NCBI GenBank assembly: GCA_016763475.1
Contig: JAESTV010000085.1
Location: 1-51,410 of the forward strand
Origin: Roseicyclus sp.
Lineage (GTDB): Bacteria > Pseudomonadota > Alphaproteobacteria > Rhodobacterales > Rhodobacteraceae
DNA length: 51,410 nt
Reading direction: 5' to 3'
Shown here: positions 19,615-28,093 of the stretch, in pieces
How the letters are laid out: every line of letters begins with the position of its first letter
How positions within the stretch are numbered: the first letter of the stretch is position 1
Program-made: the position numbers and the translations under genes
The notes under the pieces: model-generated
The model's database searches: none
The model's input: the letters and a program-made list of their open reading frames with translations, nothing else
Told to the model about the DNA's origin: nothing

Positions 19615-20049
19615 ATGAAACTCGCACTTATCAAAACCGCCGCCGTCTCCATCACTCTCCTCGTAGCAGCCGGATCCGCTTCGGCCTGTAACCTCGCAAC
19701 TGCCACTCAGTTCGGTTGGGACAACGCAGTCGGCGTCACTCAGTTGGGTGCTTGCAACAACACTGCCGTAAGCCAGGCCGGCTGGGGCAACCAGGCGATC
19801 GCTTACACCGACGGTGCATTCAACGTCACCGCCATCGGCCAGGAAGGTGCATTCAACTCCGCCACGTCCACACAGTTCGGTTTTGGTAACGCCAACGGCA
19901 TCGCTCAGTTCGGGGTCGGCAACACCGCTGCAGTGAACTCGGCTGGCAACTTCAACTCCGGTGCAGTGATCCAGGTTGGCAACGGCCAGACCGGCATCAT
20001 CAACCAGGCTGGTTCCGGCAACACTGCCAACATCATCCAGGCTAACTAA
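19615..20049 (+). CDS. Curlin (CsgA/CsgB-like amyloid subunit) with Sec signal peptide
   Basis: Start MKLALIKT at 19615 with an AGGA RBS. The signal peptide is followed by 11 consecutive ~11-aa units of type N-x-x-x-x-x-Q-x-G-x-x (NLATATQFGWD, NAVGVTQLGAC, NNTAVSQAGWG ... NTANIIQAN). Confidence 0.88.
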   Translation: MKLALIKTAAVSITLLVAAGSASACNLATATQFGWDNAVGVTQLGACNNTAVSQAGWGNQAIAYTDGAFNVTAIGQEGAFNSATSTQFGFGNANGIAQFGVGNTAAVNSAGNFNSGAVIQVGNGQTGIINQAGSGNTANIIQAN

Positions 20050-20213
20050 GCCCGGGTCCCCCCGGGCCACCTAAGCCCGGGTAATCCGGGGGCGGGATTC
20101 CCCTTCTCCCCTTCGCCCCGCCCCCGGATCATACTGCCCCAAGATTATTTCCCAAAATCAGCTTCCCAAGACCCCACTTCAAACCAAACCAGATTTTTTG
20201 AAAGGACAGGCCA

Positions 20214-20624
20214 ATGACTACAGCTTCCAAAACCCGCACGGCCCTCGGCCTCGCAGCGATCAGCTCGGTCGTCCTGGGCTGCACCGCGATCTCCGCTGAA
20301 ACAGGCGATTTGAACCGCGAAGCCGCCACCCTCACACACGCCCAGGCCGCAGCGCCTGTCGCCTGCATGATTTCCATCGAAACCTCCGGCAACACCCTGG
20401 TGCTTGAGCCGATTGTGCAAGTCACTGAGGCCGTCACCGGCATCTACCAGTTGCGCGTTGAAGCGCCCGGCACCCGGATGAACCAGGGCGGCCCGTTCTC
20501 AGCCCGCGCCGGTCAGACCCTTGAGCTTGGCCGCATGACGATGAGCGGCACCGCCTCCAGCCTCGACGCCGAGCTGACCCTGACCATCGACGGCCGCAAT
20601 TACAGCTGCCCGGTTAGCCTCTAA
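20214..20624 (+). CDS. csgH: CsgH-like curli assembly chaperone
   Basis: Signal peptide; all-beta pattern bounded by two Cys (ACMISI...YSCP); G-x-Y-x-L-x-V and NQGGPF motifs; lies between two curlin genes. Confidence 0.78.
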   Translation: MTTASKTRTALGLAAISSVVLGCTAISAETGDLNREAATLTHAQAAAPVACMISIETSGNTLVLEPIVQVTEAVTGIYQLRVEAPGTRMNQGGPFSARAGQTLELGRMTMSGTASSLDAELTLTIDGRNYSCPVSL

Positions 20625-20689
20625 TTCGAAGACCCAAATTGTTTTATCCGAGCCCTTTTCAAAACCCATTTCATCCAAGGAACACTGTC

Positions 20690-21061
20690 ATGTTTAAGAA
20701 AACCTTTACCGCCGCCGTTACGTCCCTGGCCCTCGTCGCCGCCACCGCCGCAATCGCAATGCCCGTAAGCGCCCAGCAGATCAGCTTTGGCTTCTCCGCC
20801 GCGAACCAGCAGGAAGCAGACATGATCGCCGGTGCCCTGGTGCTTTACCAGATCGCCAACGGCGGTGACCCGGTTGAGGTCCTGACCAACGCGGCCAACG
20901 GCTCCGTCGGCGTCATCCACCAGGAAGGTAACGGCCACAACGGCTCCCTGGCACAAAACGGCGACAATGCCGGCGGTGTGTTCCAGTTCGGCGAAAACAC
21001 CGAAGGCCACCTGGCTCAGAACGGCAACGACGCTGACCTGCTCTTCGTATTCGGCTGGTAA
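20690..21061 (+). CDS. Short curlin-repeat protein (minor subunit or nucleator-like)
   Basis: Start MFKKTF at 20690 with an AAGGA RBS; signal peptide; C-terminal units IHQEGNGH, LAQNGD, VFQFGEN and LAQNGN; ends in LLFVFGW. Confidence 0.78.
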   Translation: MFKKTFTAAVTSLALVAATAAIAMPVSAQQISFGFSAANQQEADMIAGALVLYQIANGGDPVEVLTNAANGSVGVIHQEGNGHNGSLAQNGDNAGGVFQFGENTEGHLAQNGNDADLLFVFGW

Positions 21062-21229
21062 TCCCCGAGGGTTTCCCCCTCAACCCAGCCAACAAGTTCG
21101 GCCCAAAGGGTTCATTCCCCAAGGGCCGGAAAACCCGGACGTCTAACCTTCCCTAGCCCCCGTTTCCCCCGACAGGTTAGGCGTCCGGACCCCCTCTTTC
21201 CTCCTGCCCCTCCAGACGTGCCCCAAACT

Positions 21230-21273
21230 CCCCCGGCCTCCGTATTGATTTGCGATCGCCGGGGGGCTTTTTT
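21230..21273 (+). terminator. Probable intrinsic terminator after the curli cluster
   Basis: CCCCCGGC...GCCGGGGG stem followed by GCTTTTTT. A second long inverted repeat, CCGGACGTCTAACCT...AGGTTAGGCGTCCGG, lies at about 21135-21188. Confidence 0.55.
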
Positions 21274-21480
21274 GGGGGGGCAACACTTTTGAATGCGAAC
21301 TGGCCGCCATACCCGTGGCGCAAGATTACCGGCACAATCCGGTTGTCCTCATCCCATAGGTGCCAGTCGATCAAACGGTGCAAAACACGAAATCCCCAGG
21401 CCGTGTCGCTGCGCGGCCATCCCCCTCCCGCACCATTCGGATCGCGCTACATCAGGCCACGCTGGCCCCGCAAGCGCCGC

Positions 21481-22380
21481 TTAGCGCCCCAAATGCGCCT
21501 CACCCCGTGCTTTCGACAACGCAATCTGCTTTTGTCGTTCCCGAAACCGGGCACGGCTGGCATCGGAATGCACGCCGATGCAGCGGTGGCACGACACACC
21601 TTCTTCATACTCAGGCCGCGCGTGATCCGACTCAACCAACGGCCCGCGACAGGCGCGGCACAATCCATAGGGCAATTCGGCCAGCCCATGGCCAACAGCC
21701 ACACGCTCGTCGAACACGAAACAGCCGCCCTGCCACAGGCTCTCGCCTTCAGGCACGTCCTCCAGGTATTGCAGGATGCCACCTTTCAAGTGAAACACGT
21801 CCTCCACCCCCTGCGCCTTCAGAAATGCGGTCGATTTCTCGCACCTGATCCCGCCGGTACAGAACATCGCAATCCGCTGGTTGGCAAAACGCGATTTGTT
21901 GGCCTCCCACCACGCCGGGAAATCCCGGAAGCTATCGGTTTGCGGATCAACCGCGCCCTCGAACGTCCCGATTTCCACCTCATAGGCGTTGCGCGTATCA
22001 ATCACTGCGACGTCGGGCGCGCTGATCAATGTGTTCCAATCCGCCGCCGCCACATGGGTTCCCACCTCTGCCGGGTCCAGCCCCGGCGCACCCATCGCCA
22101 CTATCTCTTTCTTCAGGCGTACCTTCAGGCGGCCAAACGGTGCCTCTTCCGCCGTGCTCTCTTTCCATTCCAGCCCAGCGCACCCCGGCAACCCCCGGAT
22201 ATGCGCCAACACCGCATCAATTCCATCACGCGGGCCGGCGATGGTGCCGTTGATCCCTTCCCCGGCCAACAAAAGCGAGCCGCGCACGTCACCCGCCTCC
22301 GCCACCGCTTTTAAGGGCGCACGTAAGGCGGCATGGTCTTCAAACCGGGTGAAATGATAGAGGGCAGCGATTGTGAACAT
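21481..22380 (-). CDS. trhO: tRNA uridine(34) hydroxylase, rhodanese family (TrhO/YceA)
   Basis: ALYHF, GSLLLAGEGINGT, RLKVRLKKEIV, DTRNAYE, MFCTGGIRCEK, LKGGILQYLE and FVFDERV. Confidence 0.9.
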   Translation of the reverse strand: MFTIAALYHFTRFEDHAALRAPLKAVAEAGDVRGSLLLAGEGINGTIAGPRDGIDAVLAHIRGLPGCAGLEWKESTAEEAPFGRLKVRLKKEIVAMGAPGLDPAEVGTHVAAADWNTLISAPDVAVIDTRNAYEVEIGTFEGAVDPQTDSFRDFPAWWEANKSRFANQRIAMFCTGGIRCEKSTAFLKAQGVEDVFHLKGGILQYLEDVPEGESLWQGGCFVFDERVAVGHGLAELPYGLCRACRGPLVESDHARPEYEEGVSCHRCIGVHSDASRARFRERQKQIALSKARGEAHLGR

Positions 22381-22521
22381 GGCTGATCAGATACGCCGTT
22401 GCGTGTCCCGCCTCAAGGCGTAGGCTTGCCGCAGATATCGACGCCCTCAGGTAGCGATGCGATAGGCAACGCCCTCAAGTAGCGAAAGCGGTTGGGCAAC
22501 AAACAAAACAAAGGCCCCAAC

Positions 22522-23115
22522 ATGACCCACGCCCTCATCGTCATCGACGTGCAAAACGATTTCTGCCCCGGCGGCGCATTGGCTGTGGCGGGCGGCGATC
22601 AAATCGTGGGGGGTATCAACACGCTGATGGGTGAATTCGCCGCCGTGATCCTGACCCAGGATTGGCACCCCGCTGGCCACTCCTCGTTTGCCTCAACCCA
22701 CAATGCTGCGGTGATGAGCATGATGGACATGCCCTACGGCCCGCAAGTTCTATGGCCCGATCACTGCATCCAAGGCTCAACCGGGGCGCAGTTCCACCCG
22801 GACCTTAACCTGGACCGCGCCGACCTCATCATCCGCAAAGGTTACAACCCCGCCATCGACAGCTATTCCGCGTTCTTCGAGAACGATCACCAGACCCCAA
22901 CGGGCCTGGAGGGGTACCTGCGGACCCGAGGGATCACTGACCTCACCATGGTTGGCCTCGCCACCGATTTCTGCGTGAATTACTCAGCCGTGGACGCGGC
23001 CAAACTGGGGTTCGCTGTGACCGTAAAACGTGAGCTTTGCCGTGGGATTGACCTGCAAGGGTCGATGGCCGCTGCGCTTGAGGGCATGGAACGCGCCGGA
23101 GTTCATCTGATCTGA
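22522..23115 (+). CDS. pncA: Nicotinamidase/pyrazinamidase
   Basis: IDVQNDFCPGGALAV, TQDWHP, WPDHC, DSYSAFFEND and GLATDFCV. Confidence 0.95.
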   Translation: MTHALIVIDVQNDFCPGGALAVAGGDQIVGGINTLMGEFAAVILTQDWHPAGHSSFASTHNAAVMSMMDMPYGPQVLWPDHCIQGSTGAQFHPDLNLDRADLIIRKGYNPAIDSYSAFFENDHQTPTGLEGYLRTRGITDLTMVGLATDFCVNYSAVDAAKLGFAVTVKRELCRGIDLQGSMAAALEGMERAGVHLI

Positions 23116-23199
23116 CTTACCCCACCCCAATGCCGGATATTACCCGAGCTTTCGGGGTTTCCCGGTGCTGGAGCGCGACAATCCAAACATGGCGAACGC

Positions 23200-23242
23200 C
23201 CAACGTATGAGGCCAACGTATGAGGCCAGTGTATGAGGCCAA
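23200..23242. repeat. 13-bp tandem repeat, about 3.3 copies
   Basis: CCAACGTATGAGG CCAACGTATGAGG CCAGTGTATGAGG CCAA. Confidence 0.85.
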
Positions 23243-23375
23243 TGAACATGCTCGCCAGGACCGGCATCAAAGTTAAACGGCGTGACGCCGATGCCTTCGG
23301 CGGCGGCCTGCAGTGCGACACGGCGGGCGTGTAACGGGACAGCGTGGGAAGATTGTGCCCCGGTGTAGTGATGGC

Positions 23376-23971
23376 TCAAGGCACCACCATCCAAACAGCC
23401 ACGGCCGCCAAGACCACAGCGAAAACCCGGTTCATCACCCGCGCGCTCCGCTCATCGCGGAAGCGCGCGGCGATGCGGTCGCCCGCAATTGTCCAAGCCG
23501 TGAAGGCCACCATATTGTTCAGCGTGAAAACTGAGGCGATGACCAAAACAGCCCAAATGCGCTGCTCCTCGGGCTGGCTTAGAAACTGTGAAAACATCAC
23601 GGTTATGATCAGGTAAGCCTTGGGGTTGGTCAGCAGCAGTATAACACCGCCAAGAAACCCCGCTGGCTGTGCATCCCCCGCGCCATCGCTTTGACCTGCG
23701 CGGAAAAACACCATGCCAAATAGAGCACATAGGCGGACCCCACCCATTTGATTGCCTCGAACAAGATCGGCGCCCGCTCCATCGCGGCGGCAAACCCCAA
23801 GCCGATCCCAACCGTCACAAACCAGGTTGCAAGATGATAGCCGACATTCGCCGGAATCGTCGCGCGCACGCCAAATCGCGCGCCGTTGGCGGCAAAGAAC
23901 ATATTGCCAGGACCGGGGCTGTAGGCCAGCGGAAACAAAAACACGATAAGAGCAAGGGACAGGGAAAGCAT
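23376..23971 (-). pseudogene. LysE/RhtB-family translocator split by a single frameshift near 23708
   Basis: The N-terminal half (MLSLSL...SPGPGN...IKWVGSAYVLYLAW) and the C-terminal half (FFRAG...LLTNPKA...MNRVFAVVL) are in different frames. The junction reads TGG TG TTT TTC CGC, one base short. Confidence 0.8.
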
Positions 23972-24050
23972 GACAGGAACCTCTGAGTAAAAGGCCCATT
24001 TTCGGTCGCCAGATCCCATCACACGACCCGATACCTGCGCAAAACCCGCC

Positions 24051-25142
24051 CTAAAGCCTCCCCTTCCACATGTTGATCTTCGTCCCCGAATGATCCACCG
24101 GGCCAAACGCCTCCAACTCCAGCCCCGTGGCCTTCGCCAAGCCACCGTCGCTGGTGATGATCCCGACACGCCAGCCACCGAAACGCTCCTTCAGGGTCGC
24201 CCCCAAAGCGCCATACAACCCAAACAACAACTTCCGCTCGCCAAGCCGCCCGCCGTAAGGCGGGTTCACCATGACAATCCCCGGCTCAGCCGAAGGCGGC
24301 TCCAGGTCACTGATCGCCTGCCGCTCAAACCGCACCCAATCACTCACACCAGACCGCTCGGCATTTGCCACCGCGCCCCGGATCGCCCCGTCATTCCGGT
24401 CATAGCCGTAAAACCGTAGACCGGGCTTCAGCCCGGAGCCCCCGGCAACCTGCGACCGCACGCCGCCAACCATCTGCTCAAACGCAAACTCGCGGGAGCG
24501 CCCCGGCACCAGCCCCGCGGCAATCTCTGCCGCTTCCAGAACAAAGGTGCCCGACCCGCACATCGGGTCCACCAACCTCTGAGAGCCATCAAACCCGATC
24601 TCATGCAGGAAACCCGCCGCCATGTTCTCTCGCATCGGGGCCTTGCCGACAAATTCCTTATGTCCGCGCCGGTGCAGCGCCTCGCCGGTTGTATCAAGCG
24701 AGATTGTGCAAAGATCATCGTCAATCCGCACCTTCACGCTTACCGCGCCGTCCCTGGAAACACCTATCCCCGCCACTTCCAACCCGCCCGAGACCCGCTG
24801 AACCGCCGCCTTGTTCACGTATATCTTCGAGCGCCGGCACACGGCCTCCACCCGCACTGGAACATCCGCACGAAGCCAGTCACCCCAAGGCACCTTCTTC
24901 GAGCGTTTGTCCAATTGCGCCAGATGCATCGCCCGAAACTCCGCCACCCGCAGCAACACCCGTACGGCACAACGCAGGCTCAGATTCGCCCGTGCGGCCT
25001 CTGCCAGATCACCGTCCACCTCAACACCACCCGGCACCCGGCGAACACCGCGAAACCCCCGCGCCAAAGCCTCGGCTTCCAGGGCAGGCTCCAGTCCGGG
25101 GATACCAACCAGAAACAGGGATTGCACAAAAGGTTCACTCAT
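24051..25142 (-). CDS. THUMP-domain class I SAM-dependent RNA methyltransferase (RlmL-like)
   Basis: SLDTTGEALHRRG, APMRENMAA, DPMCGSGT and NPPYG. Confidence 0.9.
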   Translation of the reverse strand: MSEPFVQSLFLVGIPGLEPALEAEALARGFRGVRRVPGGVEVDGDLAEAARANLSLRCAVRVLLRVAEFRAMHLAQLDKRSKKVPWGDWLRADVPVRVEAVCRRSKIYVNKAAVQRVSGGLEVAGIGVSRDGAVSVKVRIDDDLCTISLDTTGEALHRRGHKEFVGKAPMRENMAAGFLHEIGFDGSQRLVDPMCGSGTFVLEAAEIAAGLVPGRSREFAFEQMVGGVRSQVAGGSGLKPGLRFYGYDRNDGAIRGAVANAERSGVSDWVRFERQAISDLEPPSAEPGIVMVNPPYGGRLGERKLLFGLYGALGATLKERFGGWRVGIITSDGGLAKATGLELEAFGPVDHSGTKINMWKGRL

Positions 25143-25239
25143 GGCGCAGGCTTACAAGGTCACACTACAATTGGCGACCATACCTCTTTTCACGGCCCCC
25201 CCGGTCCCGTAAATCAGGGCATTGAAGGGCTGAATTGCC

Positions 25240-25866
25240 ATGACCGGACAGCACCCAGCGACTTACATAATGTGGCTCCTGCTCCTGATCGGCGGAGCGG
25301 CCGCTACCTTTGAGGGCTCGTGGAGCGTTCTGTTCATCGCAATCGCCACGTTCACGCTGACCCTTATCCCGGTTCTCGGACCCGGCTGGACCGGTGTCCG
25401 CCTGCCATCAGGCTTCGTGGCCGCAGTTGTGTTCTTTATCACCGGCACGCTTTTTCTGGGCGAGGTTGGGGACTTCTACGAGCACTTCTGGTGGTGGGAC
25501 ATCCTGCTGCACGCCGGATCTGCCGTTGGGTTTGGCATGATCGGCACGGTGTTTGTGGTCATCATGGTGCGCGGCGACCGGCTGGCCGTGTCACCACGCA
25601 TCGGGGCGCTGTTGGCGTTTTCGTTTGCCGTCTCCATTGGGGTTCTGTGGGAGATCTTTGAATATTCCATGGATCAGCTTTTTGGGATGAACATGCAGAA
25701 ATCCGGCCTTGATGATACGATGTCGGACCTGATGGTCGATTGTGTCGGCGCAGGGATCGGCGCCATTGCCGGCTACAATTACCTCAGGGGATGGAGCGAT
25801 AGTGGCCTCTCACGTACGGTCCGTGTCCTGATCGACGGCCTCCTGCGCCGCCGCCCCCGCCCCTGA
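25240..25866 (+). CDS. Membrane protein (DUF2238/VanZ-like)
   Basis: Several TM helices; WWWDILLH, VLWEIFEY and GLDDTMSDL motifs. Confidence 0.75.
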   Translation: MTGQHPATYIMWLLLLIGGAAATFEGSWSVLFIAIATFTLTLIPVLGPGWTGVRLPSGFVAAVVFFITGTLFLGEVGDFYEHFWWWDILLHAGSAVGFGMIGTVFVVIMVRGDRLAVSPRIGALLAFSFAVSIGVLWEIFEYSMDQLFGMNMQKSGLDDTMSDLMVDCVGAGIGAIAGYNYLRGWSDSGLSRTVRVLIDGLLRRRPRP

Positions 25867-26006
25867 CCTGCCCCTGGCCGAGCCCCTGATCTGCCCCCTT
25901 GCCTTTCCGGCCCCGCCTTTGCTCTAACCTCTCCCAAGCATAGCGCACCCCACGCGCGCCAATCTGGAAGTCTGATTATGGCCGATATCAAACCGGAGAT
26001 CTGCAG

Positions 26007-27299
26007 ATGGTAGACATCGCCACCCGCGTCTGGAACCACAAATGGAAGATCGACCCGATCGTCCGGTCCCTGATCGACACTGATTTCTACAAACTGCTGA
26101 TGTGTCAGTCGGTGTTCCGCAACAAGCCCGACACGCAGGTTCGCTTTTCGCTGATCAATCGCAGCACCCATATCCCGCTGGCTGACTTGGTTGATGAGGG
26201 TGAGTTGCGCGAGCAGCTTGACCATATCCGCACCCTCCGCCTGACCCGTGGCGAAAGCACCTGGATGCGCGGCAACACGTTCTACGGCAAACGCTCGATG
26301 TTTTCGCATGATTTCATGGAGTGGTTTGAGAACCTGCAACTGCCCGCCTACCATCTCGAGCGGGTCGGAAACCAATATGAGCTGACGTTTGAAGGCTCCT
26401 GGCCCGAAGTCATGTTATGGGAAATCCCGGCGCTCTCGGTGCTGATGGAGCTTCGCGGCCGCGCTGTCCTCGACCGTATGGACCGGTTCGAACTGCAAAT
26501 CCTCTACGCCCGCGCCATGACCAAACTGTGGGAAAAGATCGAACGCCTCAAAGGTGACCCCACCCTGCGCATCGCCGATTTCGGCACCCGCCGCCGCCAC
26601 TCGTTCCTGTGGCAGGACTGGGCTGTTCAGGCCATGCGCGAGGGGTTGGGGGACAGCTTCGCGGGCACGTCGAATTGCCTCATCGCCAAGAACCGTGATC
26701 TTGAGGCGATTGGCACCAACGCCCACGAACTCCCCATGGTGTATGCCGCGCTGGCCGAAGGTGACACCGCACTCGCCACCGCGCCGTATGATGTGTTGTC
26801 GGATTGGCACGAGGAGCACGAAGGCAACCTGCGCATCATCCTGCCCGACACCTACGGCACCCAGGGTTTCCTCGACAACGCGCCCGATTGGCTGGCGGGC
26901 TGGACCGGGATCAGGATTGATAGCGGAGACCCGGCAACCGGGGCAGAGACGGCGATCAACTGGTGGAGATCCCGAGGTGAGGACCCGCGTGGGAAACTGG
27001 TGATCTTCAGTGACGGGTTAGACGTTGATAAAATCGAGACGCTGCACAAACAATTCGCCGGACGGGTGCGGGTGAGCTTCGGTTGGGGCACGTTGCTGAC
27101 CAATGATTTCCGAGGGTTAGTTGACGCCGACGCCCTCGCCCCGTTTAGTTTGGTGTGTAAGGCTGTGAGTGCAAATGGACGAGCAACGGTGAAACTCAGC
27201 GACAACCCCGAGAAGGCCATGGGGCCTGTGGGTGAGATTGAGCGCTATAAGCGGGTGTTCGGAGTTGGCGAGCAGGAGAGCGTGGAGGTTGTGGTTTGA
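26007..27299 (+). CDS. pncB: Nicotinate phosphoribosyltransferase
   Basis: SLIDTDFYKLLM, DFGTRRRHS, GTSN, GTNAHE, RIDSGDP, FSDGL and KLSDNPEKA. Confidence 0.96.
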   Translation: MVDIATRVWNHKWKIDPIVRSLIDTDFYKLLMCQSVFRNKPDTQVRFSLINRSTHIPLADLVDEGELREQLDHIRTLRLTRGESTWMRGNTFYGKRSMFSHDFMEWFENLQLPAYHLERVGNQYELTFEGSWPEVMLWEIPALSVLMELRGRAVLDRMDRFELQILYARAMTKLWEKIERLKGDPTLRIADFGTRRRHSFLWQDWAVQAMREGLGDSFAGTSNCLIAKNRDLEAIGTNAHELPMVYAALAEGDTALATAPYDVLSDWHEEHEGNLRIILPDTYGTQGFLDNAPDWLAGWTGIRIDSGDPATGAETAINWWRSRGEDPRGKLVIFSDGLDVDKIETLHKQFAGRVRVSFGWGTLLTNDFRGLVDADALAPFSLVCKAVSANGRATVKLSDNPEKAMGPVGEIERYKRVFGVGEQESVEVVV

Positions 27300-27382
27300 G
27301 GAAACGTACATCGCTCTCAGCGCATAGACTGTCGGAACTCTAGATGCTAACTCATCGATCTGATCAAAGGTGACATGAAATT

Positions 27383-28093
27383 TTGACGCGCCGCTTCCTA
27401 TTCAGGATGACATACTACCGAAACCTGCAGGCGTATCTGGCAGCGGGATATCTGTTCGCGAAAAACCATCCACGCATGCAAGCCAGCTTTAGGATCTCCT
27501 ACGACGACATCGTGGCCCGGCGCGGCGGTACTATGTTTACTACTCCTTGCGGCTCGAACATCAATGGCTTCGTGCCGTTCTACTTCTCGCCGATCACGAA
27601 AATGGCATACTCAATTCACAAGGGAAACGTCAGCTTAAAAGATCCAGATGGCAGTAACAAAGGTGCCGCAAGCATGGATGATGTGGCCTACTTGGTTGTC
27701 GACCCTGACAAGCTCTTCGCCTCTGGTCGATCATTTTGGTTCACGGATATTGCGTGCAACTCAGGAATTCCACCGACGTACAAAAATTCACCCCTAGACC
27801 TCAAAGATCATGTGGATTGGTCCTTGTTCGATGAGCCGCCCAGCATAGCTCAGATAACTGAGATCGGCTACCACGGTGTTTGTAAGTGGCAGCAAGATCG
27901 GGACCTTCCAATTGAACACCAAATGCGCAGCAAAAAGCGTATGGCCGAACTCTTAATTAGGGATTATTTGAGGATGGATGAAGTTTCATGCATACTTCTG
28001 AAAAATGCTGCGCATGAAGAGGAGGTTCGTGCTTGGGTTGAGACGTCAGGCACTGAAATTCCAGTGTACGTGAAACCCGGGTGCTATTTCTAG
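27383..28093 (+). CDS. darT: DarT (DUF4433) ssDNA ADP-ribosyltransferase toxin
   Basis: DIVARR, FVPFYFSP..KM.Y.I, FTD, KKRMAELLI (catalytic Glu position) and C-terminal CYF. TTG start; directly upstream of a macrodomain gene; visibly more AT-rich than the flanks. Confidence 0.85.
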   Translation: MTRRFLFRMTYYRNLQAYLAAGYLFAKNHPRMQASFRISYDDIVARRGGTMFTTPCGSNINGFVPFYFSPITKMAYSIHKGNVSLKDPDGSNKGAASMDDVAYLVVDPDKLFASGRSFWFTDIACNSGIPPTYKNSPLDLKDHVDWSLFDEPPSIAQITEIGYHGVCKWQQDRDLPIEHQMRSKKRMAELLIRDYLRMDEVSCILLKNAAHEEEVRAWVETSGTEIPVYVKPGCYF

